From an uncultured Candidatus Peribacteria bacterium (GTDB lineage Bacteria; Patescibacteriota; Gracilibacteria; Peribacterales; Peribacteraceae), in NCBI GenBank assembly GCA_964623835.1, contig CAZUVN010000002.1, positions 1 through 45,090 on the forward strand: 45,090 nt of DNA, given 5' to 3'. Below the pieces are notes generated by a model. The model worked only from the letters and a program-made list of their open reading frames with translations, ran no database searches and was not told where the DNA came from. Each line of letters opens with the position of its first letter. The stretch's first letter is position 1. Below are positions 34,382-42,643 of the stretch, piece by piece. The translations under genes and the position numbers were made by a program.

Positions 34382-36850
34382 ATGTCGACCTTCTTGCTTC
34401 TGATCGGCTCGGTTCTCGGCATTGCATGTGCCGTCTATGCCCTTGCCGCATACGCAAGACGGTCTGCCGATCGCACTCGCGAGGAGGATCTCGTGTTCCT
34501 GCAACTGCTGGTACCAAAGAAGGAGTCCCGCGAGGAAAAGGACGCCGATACCGATCAGCTTGGAAAAGATTATAAAGAAGTAATCGGTGTCATGGACCAC
34601 CTGTATCAGTCACTGCACGGACTGTATAACGGCTCGATGAACCGGTACTGGACCGGGCAACCGTTCATCTCGTTGGAATACGCGGCGCTCGCGAATGAGA
34701 TCCTGTTCTTTGTCGTCTGCCCGCGCTCGATTGCCCCACTCATTGAGAAGCAAATCACATCGTTTTATCCGGACACGGTGATTGATGAGGTGGAGGACTA
34801 CAACATCTTCACAAATGATTCCGTTGTTGCAGCCAAAAGCCTTTTTGCCAGCAAGCCGTTCACGGCTGTCTTTAAAACGTACCAGCAATTGAAGAGCGAT
34901 CCTCTCAATGCAATCACGAACGCCTTCTCCAAATTGCAGAGTGATGAAGGCGCAGCAGTGCAAATCATTCTGCAACCGGCAAAACCGGGTTGGCAGAGCA
35001 AGCTTCAGCAGGAAGCAAAAGATCTGCTGAATGGAAAATCCGGTGGAGGATCCTCATGGCTGAATCCACTGACATGGGTGCGCATGATCGTCGATCTGTT
35101 TACATCCGGAGGACCGTCTGCAGATACACCGAAGAGCGAGCGCGTTTCACAAATGGTGGAGGAATACAGCAAGGCTGTTGATGAAAAAGCCGGCAATCCC
35201 GGGTTCACGGCCGTCATCCGCGTCGTGTCATCGGCAAAGAATCCGTCTCGTGCGCAGATGATTCTGGATACCGTTCTGGGCGGTTTCAGTCAGTTCAACG
35301 ATGTCCGCGGCAACGGGTTCAAGACGGTGATGTTCGATTCGAAAGCTAAAACAGTCCGCCGTTTCATCCGCCGTTCTCCGCGTCGCATTCTGCGTGAATG
35401 GCTGCAGGCACCGCTGATGCTCCTCGGCACCACCGAACTGGCATCACTCTTTCATTTGCCGCACACCAAGTACAACAAGGTAGAGACGATCAAATGGCAG
35501 AACTTCAAAGTCGCTCCCGCGCCAAAGAATCTGCCTGAGGATGGATTGTATCTGGGTACCAATACCTATCGCGGTGAGAAGAAAAAGATTTTCATGCATG
35601 ACGAAGACCGCTTCCGTCACTTCTATATCATTGGTCAGACCGGTACCGGTAAGTCGTCCATTATTCAGCTGATGGCGCGGCAGGATCTTCATAATGGAAA
35701 GGGTATGTGCGTGGTCGACCCGCACGGTTCGTTGATTGACGATCTCTTGCCGTACATTCCTCGCGAGCGCGCAGATGATGTGATTTTCTTTAACCCCGCA
35801 GATACCGAGCGTCCGATGGGTCTGAACCTTCTTGAAGGAAAGACCGAAGAAGAGCGCGACCTTATTGCGCTCGATGCGATGAACATGATGGTGAAGATGT
35901 TCGGCGAAGAAATCTTCGGTCCGCGCATTCAGGACTACTTCCGTAACGGCTGTCTTACACTGATGGAAGATGAGGAAGAAGGCGGTGCCATTACCGACCT
36001 TGTCCGCCTCTTCACCGACGACGAATGGCAGAAGTACAAAGTCGCCAAGGTGAAAAACCCGATCGTGAAATCCTTCTGGGAAAACCAGATGGCAAAGACC
36101 GGTCAACGCGAGAAGCAGGAGATGATCCCCTACTTTGCCGCGAAGTTCGGACAGTTCGTCACCAACACGCTGATTCGCAATATCGTCGGCCAGACGAAGA
36201 GCTCGTTCGATGTTGCGGAATGCATGAATAGCAACAAGATCATTTTGATGAACCTATCCAAGGGTCTCATTGGTGATATCAACTCCACGCTGCTCGGTAT
36301 GATTGTGGTGAATAAAATTCAGGTCGCCGCCATGCGTCGTCAGCGAATGGAAAAAGAAGCGCGCAAAGACTTCTTCCTCTACATCGACGAGTTCCAAAAC
36401 TTCGTGACGCCGAGCATCGAATCGATTTTGTCTGAGGCTCGTAAGTACCGCCTCGGCTTGATTCTTGCACACCAGTACATCGATCAGCTGGAAAAAGAGA
36501 GTAAGCTTGCGGGATCTGTAAGCTTGAAAGGCGCGATCTTCGGAAACGTCGGAACGATGATGATGTATAAGATCGGACCACAGGATGCTGAAGTCGCCGT
36601 CAAAGAAATGGCACCGGTCTTCAGCGAACAGGATCTGGTGAACATGGATGCATTTAAGGGCGCCATGAAGCTGTGTGTGAACGGTCAGCCAAGTCGCCCA
36701 TTCAGCATCGAAGTCCCTCGGCCCTGGCTTGAGAAGTCCTACACAAAAGATGAGCAGGCTGCAGAAGCATTCAAGCAGCTGAGTCGATTGAAGTATGGAC
36801 GTCCGAAAGAGTTTGTAAATAGAGAGATCTTGAGACGTATTGGGGCGTAA
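34382..36850 (+). CDS. VirD4/TraD/TraG-like (type IV coupling protein-like) membrane-anchored P-loop ATPase
   Basis: N-terminal TM segment MSTFLLLIGSVLGIACAVYALAAY. Walker A FYIIGQTGTGKSS. DPHGSLIDDL. Walker B FLYIDEFQNF. ARKYRLGLILAHQY. 822 aa. Confidence 0.8.
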   Translation: MSTFLLLIGSVLGIACAVYALAAYARRSADRTREEDLVFLQLLVPKKESREEKDADTDQLGKDYKEVIGVMDHLYQSLHGLYNGSMNRYWTGQPFISLEYAALANEILFFVVCPRSIAPLIEKQITSFYPDTVIDEVEDYNIFTNDSVVAAKSLFASKPFTAVFKTYQQLKSDPLNAITNAFSKLQSDEGAAVQIILQPAKPGWQSKLQQEAKDLLNGKSGGGSSWLNPLTWVRMIVDLFTSGGPSADTPKSERVSQMVEEYSKAVDEKAGNPGFTAVIRVVSSAKNPSRAQMILDTVLGGFSQFNDVRGNGFKTVMFDSKAKTVRRFIRRSPRRILREWLQAPLMLLGTTELASLFHLPHTKYNKVETIKWQNFKVAPAPKNLPEDGLYLGTNTYRGEKKKIFMHDEDRFRHFYIIGQTGTGKSSIIQLMARQDLHNGKGMCVVDPHGSLIDDLLPYIPRERADDVIFFNPADTERPMGLNLLEGKTEEERDLIALDAMNMMVKMFGEEIFGPRIQDYFRNGCLTLMEDEEEGGAITDLVRLFTDDEWQKYKVAKVKNPIVKSFWENQMAKTGQREKQEMIPYFAAKFGQFVTNTLIRNIVGQTKSSFDVAECMNSNKIILMNLSKGLIGDINSTLLGMIVVNKIQVAAMRRQRMEKEARKDFFLYIDEFQNFVTPSIESILSEARKYRLGLILAHQYIDQLEKESKLAGSVSLKGAIFGNVGTMMMYKIGPQDAEVAVKEMAPVFSEQDLVNMDAFKGAMKLCVNGQPSRPFSIEVPRPWLEKSYTKDEQAAEAFKQLSRLKYGRPKEFVNREILRRIGA

Positions 36851-36864
36851 TACTGTTTTTCTCT

Positions 36865-36888
36865 GCCTGAATCACCTGTTGTTCAGGC
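36865..36888 (+). terminator. Weak hairpin after the VirD4-like gene, overlapping the convergent gene's stop codon
   Basis: GCCTGAA-(10 nt)-TTCAGGC followed by TCCTTTC. The stem is only 7 bp. Confidence 0.35.
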
Positions 36889-38328
36889 TCCTTTCAGATA
36901 ATGCTTAGCATATTGATTCTTAATAGGATGCTGATCTGACATTTGCAATATCATTTGCATCTTGTCCTTATGCCCATATTTCCTATCTTGAATTCGCTGT
37001 GATTTTCTTCGAATTGAATTAAGTGTTGTCTCAGTACCGGTTGCTAAAACCGTGCACTCAAGATTTGCTCGTAAAAATTTTGAAATCATCTCGGGACTAT
37101 TTACATCTTCAGTTGAACCAAATTCCATAAAGACACGAGCTAATGTTAGACACTTTGAAATTGAAGTCGTCCAGAGGAATGGCTGATTTTCCATTAACGA
37201 AATTATGTCTAGTGACGATTGTGAAACTACTTTCAGCCTCTTAAACAGGAGAATACGTCGATCAATATTCTCAAAAGTAAGATTAAATATTCCCGGAATA
37301 TCTTCTAGAAGGCCCACGGGACTGCAAAATCCGCGGCATTTTAGTCCATTAATTTTTTCATCAAGATACACAAAAGTATAAGAGGCAATCGCAGGATGTA
37401 CTATAAACATAGACACCGGATCTTTAAAGCCGCGATCTTTTAATCCCTGTATCTTTTTATCAATATTCTCAATAGATAATCCAAAGAATGTCGGCGATTT
37501 TGTTATGAGTTTAACTGGGTCTATAAATCCTCTGCTTGTTAGTTGCTCAATTTTTTCATGAATACTCTCAAGGCTATAGCAAACAAATGTAGGGTGCTGC
37601 GAAAGAAGTTTTATAGGATCTTTAAAGCCACATTTTCTCAATCCATCAATCTTACTCCTTAAAGCGTCAACATCATTCCCGAGAATCGAAGGTTGCTTTA
37701 CTACTAATTTGAGAGGATCAGCAAACCCAATTTCTTTTAATAGAGCCATTTTCTCATAAATAGTTTCGGACGAATAATTGAGTAATGAGGGATGTCTTTT
37801 AATAATATGCGCAGCATTTTGAATGCCAATTTCTCTTAGAGCTGTAATCTTCTTATCGATTGTTTCTAATGATAAAGAAAGGATTGATGGAGCCCTAGCG
37901 ATCAGTTGAATGGGATCCGCAAAGCCACGTTTTTTAAGCCCCTCAATAGTCTCGCTAATATTTTGTAATGATAAACCAAGAACAATTGGATGCATTTCGA
38001 TAATTTTGTGCGGATCCTTAAAACCGCAACTTTGTAAAAATACGACTTTTTGAACCAAATTTTCAGTTGAATATCCGAGAACTGCAGAGAATGATTCGAT
38101 TAATAAATATGGATTTTGAAATCCTAATTCTTGAAGAGTACTGATTGTTTTTTCCAATGATCTTACACGTGTTAGGTTTGGATCAGCTTTTTGCAAAGCA
38201 TCTGCAAATTTTTCAGAGAAACCCCTCTGAATCAAGAATGTGCGTCTAGCTGCAATAATATTTTCAGCGGTTTCGCCGGGAGGGAAAACTGTACCTAAAT
38301 GCCGCTGATATAGAGACCCGTTTTCCAT
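36883..38328 (-). CDS. mTERF-like helical-repeat protein (ten 33-aa repeats plus a ~117-aa basic C-terminal region), encoded in an AT-rich island
   Basis: Start taken at MENGSLYQ (ATG 38328), one nt after the sortase TGA (38332-38330). Repeat consensus [RCI]GF.DP..L....P.IL..S.E.I..KI..L+.. Two sampled 60-nt lines are 33% GC, against 50-58% in the flanking genes. No signal peptide. Confidence 0.8.
   Translation of the reverse strand: MENGSLYQRHLGTVFPPGETAENIIAARRTFLIQRGFSEKFADALQKADPNLTRVRSLEKTISTLQELGFQNPYLLIESFSAVLGYSTENLVQKVVFLQSCGFKDPHKIIEMHPIVLGLSLQNISETIEGLKKRGFADPIQLIARAPSILSLSLETIDKKITALREIGIQNAAHIIKRHPSLLNYSSETIYEKMALLKEIGFADPLKLVVKQPSILGNDVDALRSKIDGLRKCGFKDPIKLLSQHPTFVCYSLESIHEKIEQLTSRGFIDPVKLITKSPTFFGLSIENIDKKIQGLKDRGFKDPVSMFIVHPAIASYTFVYLDEKINGLKCRGFCSPVGLLEDIPGIFNLTFENIDRRILLFKRLKVVSQSSLDIISLMENQPFLWTTSISKCLTLARVFMEFGSTEDVNSPEMISKFLRANLECTVLATGTETTLNSIRRKSQRIQDRKYGHKDKMQMILQMSDQHPIKNQYAKHYLKGA
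37237..38226 (-). repeat. Coding tandem array: ten in-register 33-codon units (990 nt)
   Basis: ORF-track residues 47-376. Example units: RGFADPIQLIARAPSILSLSLETIDKKITALRE, CGFKDPIKLLSQHPTFVCYSLESIHEKIEQLTS and RGFIDPVKLITKSPTFFGLSIENIDKKIQGLKD. Confidence 0.85.
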
Positions 38329-38329
38329 A

Positions 38330-39493
38330 TCATCGCGCCGCCACCTCGCTAACCGGCGCCGCATGAACTAGGTAACGCTGATCGATCGAATCTGGCGGCC
38401 AGCAGGTGTAGAGAATCAACTCTTCACCGCGACCTCCTTGATACGCCGAGAAGTCTTTGTCATCGACTGCGCGTTTGTGCGTGACCTGATACGTGTGAAC
38501 TTTGCCTCCGTATGTGACATAAATTTTATCGCCGATGCTGAGCTTGTTGATCTGGCGGAAGATCTTCGTGTAGTTGGATACATCCCATCCGTAGCTGGAG
38601 CTGTGACCGTAGACGAGAATGGTCCCACCGGCACCGGGATAGCTGAACAAGTGACCCACTCCGTACTTCAGCGGTGCAAGCAATCCATCAGACGTTGTCG
38701 GGTTGGACGGATGTGTGATTGTCAGATCTTTGATTCCGAGCGATGGAAGAGTGATAGCAAAGGCTTTGTTGGAAGCTTGTGGTGCGGTTGTTGTTGAAGT
38801 TGTCGTTGTTGTCGGACGCGCGGGGGTCGGCGTTGCCTGCGCGACGTAGGTTGGGCGTGGCTGTGCTGGACGATTAACTGCAGGTGCCCGGGCTGGCGCT
38901 GGCGCCTGTGCAACAACCGGACGAATGACAACAGGGGCGGGCTTAGGTTGATGGCTGATGGCAATCTGTTCCGGCTTCTCGACACCCGTTGAAGACATCA
39001 TCGCAAACAGGCTCTGTTTGCTGACCGGCATTCCAAGGCGAATGGGCGATGGCAATTGCACTCCTCCTTTTACGGCGGCATTTAGGGCACCGCTGAACCA
39101 ATCTCCGTCCGTGGTATTCAGATCACTCAGTGTATCGGGGCGCTTGCGAGCATTAGTGCGGGCAATCAGCACAATCGCCTCTTCTTCGGCCAACACATCA
39201 CCAGGGCGGAACCGTCTGTCGGCATTTCCCGTAATAATTCCCGCCTCAAAAGCCGTCTCAATATACGGTGCGTACCACTGGTCGTAGTCGAGATCGTCGA
39301 ACAGCGGCATCGGCGGTGGATTCTTGATGTAGTGCTGCAAACGCTGCTTTAAGACGGAATCCGATTCAACAATCATCGCGACGGCTCCGGCGCGGGAAAT
39401 CGGCTCATTGGACGGTAATTCTGCGGCGAATGCCTGGGTCATAAACCCGACCAGCAGAACAAGCACGGTGAGGAGGATGAACCGCTTTTCCAT
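38330..39493 (-). CDS. Sortase-family transpeptidase with an N-terminal SLH-like module and a Pro/Thr-rich linker
   Basis: Signal/TM segment MEKRFILLTVLVLLVGFMTQAFA. SLH-like FDDLDYDQWYAPYIETAFEAGIITGNADRRFRPGDVLAEEEAIVLIAR. Sortase catalytic triad context ILVYGHSS, LILYTCWP and QRYLVHA. Confidence 0.85.
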   Translation of the reverse strand: MEKRFILLTVLVLLVGFMTQAFAAELPSNEPISRAGAVAMIVESDSVLKQRLQHYIKNPPPMPLFDDLDYDQWYAPYIETAFEAGIITGNADRRFRPGDVLAEEEAIVLIARTNARKRPDTLSDLNTTDGDWFSGALNAAVKGGVQLPSPIRLGMPVSKQSLFAMMSSTGVEKPEQIAISHQPKPAPVVIRPVVAQAPAPARAPAVNRPAQPRPTYVAQATPTPARPTTTTTSTTTAPQASNKAFAITLPSLGIKDLTITHPSNPTTSDGLLAPLKYGVGHLFSYPGAGGTILVYGHSSSYGWDVSNYTKIFRQINKLSIGDKIYVTYGGKVHTYQVTHKRAVDDKDFSAYQGGRGEELILYTCWPPDSIDQRYLVHAAPVSEVAAR

Positions 39494-39560
39494 AGAATGG
39501 GAGATTAGGGTATCATAATTAGTGATTTTGTCAATAAATGCACCGAGAATGCATCCAATA

Positions 39561-39589
39561 TTGGGATGCAGCGGAATATCAGGTAGGAT
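39561..39589 (+). promoter_or_regulatory. ychF promoter (near-leaderless)
   Basis: TTGGGA (39561-39566), 17 nt, TAGGAT (39584-39589), 9 nt, ATG 39599. Confidence 0.5.
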
Positions 39590-39598
39590 GCGCGTTCT

Positions 39599-40693
39599 AT
39601 GGCACTTAAAATAGGAATTGTGGGATTACCCAATGTCGGCAAATCGACGCTGTTTAACGCACTGACGCGGACAAAGGGCGCACAAGCCGCCAATTACCCG
39701 TTCTGCACTATTGAACCCAACGTCGGCATTGTTGAGGTGCCTGACGAGCGTTTGCAGAAGTTGGCGGACATCGTCCATCCGGAGAAGATTGTTCCTGCGG
39801 CTATTGAATTCGTCGATATTGCGGGGCTGGTCAAGGGGGCAAGCAAAGGAGAAGGTCTCGGCAATGCATTTCTGAGTCATATCCGTGAAGTCGACGCAAT
39901 CTGCCACGTTGTGCGCGTCTTTACCGGTGGCGACATCATTCACGTGGAAGGATCGATCGACCCCAAGCGCGACCGGGAAATCATTGAGATGGAACTCGTG
40001 CTAGCCGACATGCAAAGCATCGAGAAGCGGATGGAGAAGACACGCAAGGCTGCGGAGATCGGTGACAAAGAAAAGAAATTGGAGTTTCAGGTTCTGCAAA
40101 AAATATTGCCGGTCCTGCAGGAGGGGCATATGGCCAACCAAACTGAACTGCTGCCGGAAGAAGTTCCCGTTGCAACAATGCTCCAGCTTCTGACTTATAA
40201 GCCCATCGTCTATGCGGCAAACGTTGCCGAAGAAGATTTGGGAACGCTGAAGATTGATGACGTAAAGGCGCAGCTCGGACTCCCCTCTTCCGCACAGCTG
40301 GCACTCATCAGCGCAAAAATTGAAGAAGACCTGCAAGATTTACCACCAGAAGAAGCCAAAGAATTCCTGTCATCACTCGGCGTGACATCATCGGGCTTAG
40401 ATCGCTTGATTCGCGCCGCGTATGAAGCGCTCGGCTACATTTCGTACTTCACTGCAGGCGTTCAGGAAGTTCGCGCATGGAATATTCCGAAAGGTTCTAC
40501 CGCACCACAGGCCGCGGGAGTCATTCATACGGATTTTGAAAAAGGATTTATCCGTGCGGAGACGATTGCCTACAACGATTACGTCACACTCGGCGGCGAA
40601 GCGAAGGCAAAAGAAGCAGGAAAGATGCGCGCAGAAGGGAAGACATACATTGTGCAAGATGGAGATGTGATGTTGTTCCGCTTTAACAACTGA
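39599..40693 (+). CDS. ychF: Ribosome-binding ATPase YchF
   Basis: Motifs [40 protein letters not shown], and the TGS-domain C-terminus [30 protein letters not shown]. Confidence 0.95.
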   Translation: MALKIGIVGLPNVGKSTLFNALTRTKGAQAANYPFCTIEPNVGIVEVPDERLQKLADIVHPEKIVPAAIEFVDIAGLVKGASKGEGLGNAFLSHIREVDAICHVVRVFTGGDIIHVEGSIDPKRDREIIEMELVLADMQSIEKRMEKTRKAAEIGDKEKKLEFQVLQKILPVLQEGHMANQTELLPEEVPVATMLQLLTYKPIVYAANVAEEDLGTLKIDDVKAQLGLPSSAQLALISAKIEEDLQDLPPEEAKEFLSSLGVTSSGLDRLIRAAYEALGYISYFTAGVQEVRAWNIPKGSTAPQAAGVIHTDFEKGFIRAETIAYNDYVTLGGEAKAKEAGKMRAEGKTYIVQDGDVMLFRFNN

Positions 40694-41019
40694 TGACCAC
40701 TTTCATCGCTCGCCAAGAATCATTTGAGTGCGCCCACTGTGGGAAGAACGTTGAGCCGTTAGAGCGCGGTTCTTATAGGAATCACTGTCCGCACTGTCTC
40801 TATTCATTGCACGTCGACAAAGACGGCCCCGGCGACCGTGCTTCCACTTGCCGCGCTTTAATGCGGCCTGACCACGTGGAACAGGATGGCAAGAAAGGCT
40901 GGATGATCGTGCATGTCTGCCAGAAGTGCGGAAAGACCATTCCGAACAAGGCTGCGGATGATGATCAGATCATCGAATTTATGGAGCGCAAGAGCGAGAT
41001 CGACCAGTATAATCTGTGA
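40693..41019 (+). CDS. RNHCP-domain zinc-ribbon protein
   Basis: FECAHCGKNVEPLERGSYRNHCPHCLYSLHVD...HVCQKCGK. The start shares one nt with the ychF stop (TGATG). Confidence 0.8.
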   Translation: MTTFIARQESFECAHCGKNVEPLERGSYRNHCPHCLYSLHVDKDGPGDRASTCRALMRPDHVEQDGKKGWMIVHVCQKCGKTIPNKAADDDQIIEFMERKSEIDQYNL

Positions 41020-41319
41020 GGGTACCACCCGGTGAACGCTCATCCACTCACACGGCATTTCTCGGCATTTCGCAAGCCTGAACACCAAATGTCGTCATAG
41101 TCTTCGATCAGAAAAAATCACTCGTGATATATAAATGTGTTCATGTTTGAGCCCCAGCGCAAGCGGTTGTAGGGAGCACCCTATTGCGAACAAATTAGGT
41201 GATCATCTATTGTCTGGTCCTCATGAAGTTCTTCCTTTTCGTTTGTGGCTTCGGCGTCTTGTTCGTGACGATGTAATCATTGTCGGTTAACAATTCCCCG
41301 AACACACATCCCCACCGGC

Positions 41320-41757
41320 TCATCGCGAAAGTAACTGTGACGCGTATGTTTCTCCGAGTGATTGCTGCACTGGAATTTTTTCGTGCACGTTTCCTTCCGG
41401 CACAATGATCATTGCATCCTCGTGTGTCTGCGGATGACTTTCGACACTGACAGAAAATTTCCCCGACTCGATGAATTGTTTCTGCTCCGGTGTGAGATCA
41501 TTTTTTTCGAGTATCTGATCAATTCCCTTTTCGCGAATATCTTTCTCGATGTTCGACTTCAATGATTCTTTCATCGCCGGATCGGATTCTATCGCGAGAT
41601 GTACTTCGGCCATGCGTTCACTCTTCTCCATTTCACGCTCCAGATCCTCCGGCCCTTTAACAGACTCGCGCAAACGCTCGTAGGCTTCCGGACTGCGGAG
41701 TTTTTTGCGAATTTTCTCGCGCTCGCGTGACGGTAAATGGTCGATATAATCTGACAT
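41320..41757 (-). CDS. Hypothetical charged/coiled protein
   Basis: Start preferred at MSDYIDHL (ATG 41757), which leaves room for the divergent promoters. A GTG at 41817 is the alternative. I recognise no motif. Confidence 0.55.
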   Translation of the reverse strand: MSDYIDHLPSREREKIRKKLRSPEAYERLRESVKGPEDLEREMEKSERMAEVHLAIESDPAMKESLKSNIEKDIREKGIDQILEKNDLTPEQKQFIESGKFSVSVESHPQTHEDAMIIVPEGNVHEKIPVQQSLGETYASQLLSR

Positions 41758-41833
41758 AAAACTAGACAGTAAATACCAATACTGATGTATACTATCTGAC
41801 TGGTATTGTTTTATCACCTTCTACTCTCCATCT

Positions 41834-42328
41834 ATGCGCCTATCTTCTTCCAGACCCGGTGAAGCAAATGTTCCCGCTGTGCTGCTGTCGACCGCCGTGT
41901 TGATTTTGGCAATCGCTGCCGCGTTCTATGTCATGGTCGTTCTGCCCTTTCAGAATGACGACGACGCATCCGGCAGTTCCTCGTCTTCATCCGTCTCATC
42001 CATGATGTCCTCTTCGCAGAATGTTGCTCCTGCGAGTGCAGCGCCATCCAGCGCCTTTAATCAGGCCGCTTATGACGGATGCATCAACGCAGCAACGGAA
42101 GCGCACACTCAGCGCTGGGCTGCGGCCTGTCTACAGCTGCGCGAGACGCAGGAAAGCGCCTATTTGGCCTGCATCCAACAGGAAAAGGGCGAAACCTATT
42201 GTCAGGCACAGTTTGGCGGCTATGAGGAAATAGACCCCAACTGCGTACTATCTCCCGCACGAACCGCCGCACTCAATGCGCAGTTCACGCTTGGCAAAGA
42301 GGTATGTGATCGAGAGCACGGACAATAA
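41834..42328 (+). CDS. Hypothetical membrane-anchored protein with a Ser-rich linker and a Cys-containing ectodomain
   Basis: TM segment VPAVLLSTAVLILAIAAAFYVMVVL, then a poly-Ser segment, then a ~100-aa domain with 6 Cys. Confidence 0.65.
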   Translation: MRLSSSRPGEANVPAVLLSTAVLILAIAAAFYVMVVLPFQNDDDASGSSSSSSVSSMMSSSQNVAPASAAPSSAFNQAAYDGCINAATEAHTQRWAAACLQLRETQESAYLACIQQEKGETYCQAQFGGYEEIDPNCVLSPARTAALNAQFTLGKEVCDREHGQ

Positions 42329-42347
42329 ACATTCTTCTCCAACGCGG

Positions 42348-42383
42348 AAAATACGGATCGTCACCGGTCCGTATTTTATTTTG
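42348..42383. terminator. Bidirectional Rho-independent terminator
   Basis: AAAATACGGA-(10 nt)-TCCGTATTTT, a perfect 10-bp stem flanked by A/T runs, between convergent genes. Confidence 0.7.
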
Positions 42384-42390
42384 ATTATTG

Positions 42391-42552
42391 TTACGGCGCG
42401 AACTGAATGTTGGAAGCGAAGATCGCTACCAAGGCCATACCAAGAACCCAGAGCGGAATGGCAATGATAATGCTCGCAACCAGGTTGTAGCCGTAGATCG
42501 CGAACGCCCGCTTCAGGAAGCTATCGGAATAGAGCCAGGAGTCTTTTTTCAT
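42391..42552 (-). CDS. Small (53 aa) membrane protein downstream of nrdJ
   Basis: Below the ORF-track size cutoff. Hand translation: MKKDSWLYSDSFLKRAFAIYGYNLVASIIIAIPLWVLGMALVAIFASNIQFAP. It ends 8 nt before the terminator's T/A tract begins. Confidence 0.45.
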   Translation of the reverse strand: MKKDSWLYSDSFLKRAFAIYGYNLVASIIIAIPLWVLGMALVAIFASNIQFAP

Positions 42553-42643
42553 ACGGATGATGAAAGAAGTAATGATCTGATTTTATCAAAAGACGCCCTA
42601 GTATCTAGAGCGTCCTCTGACTCCTTACATTCCTACTGGCGAC

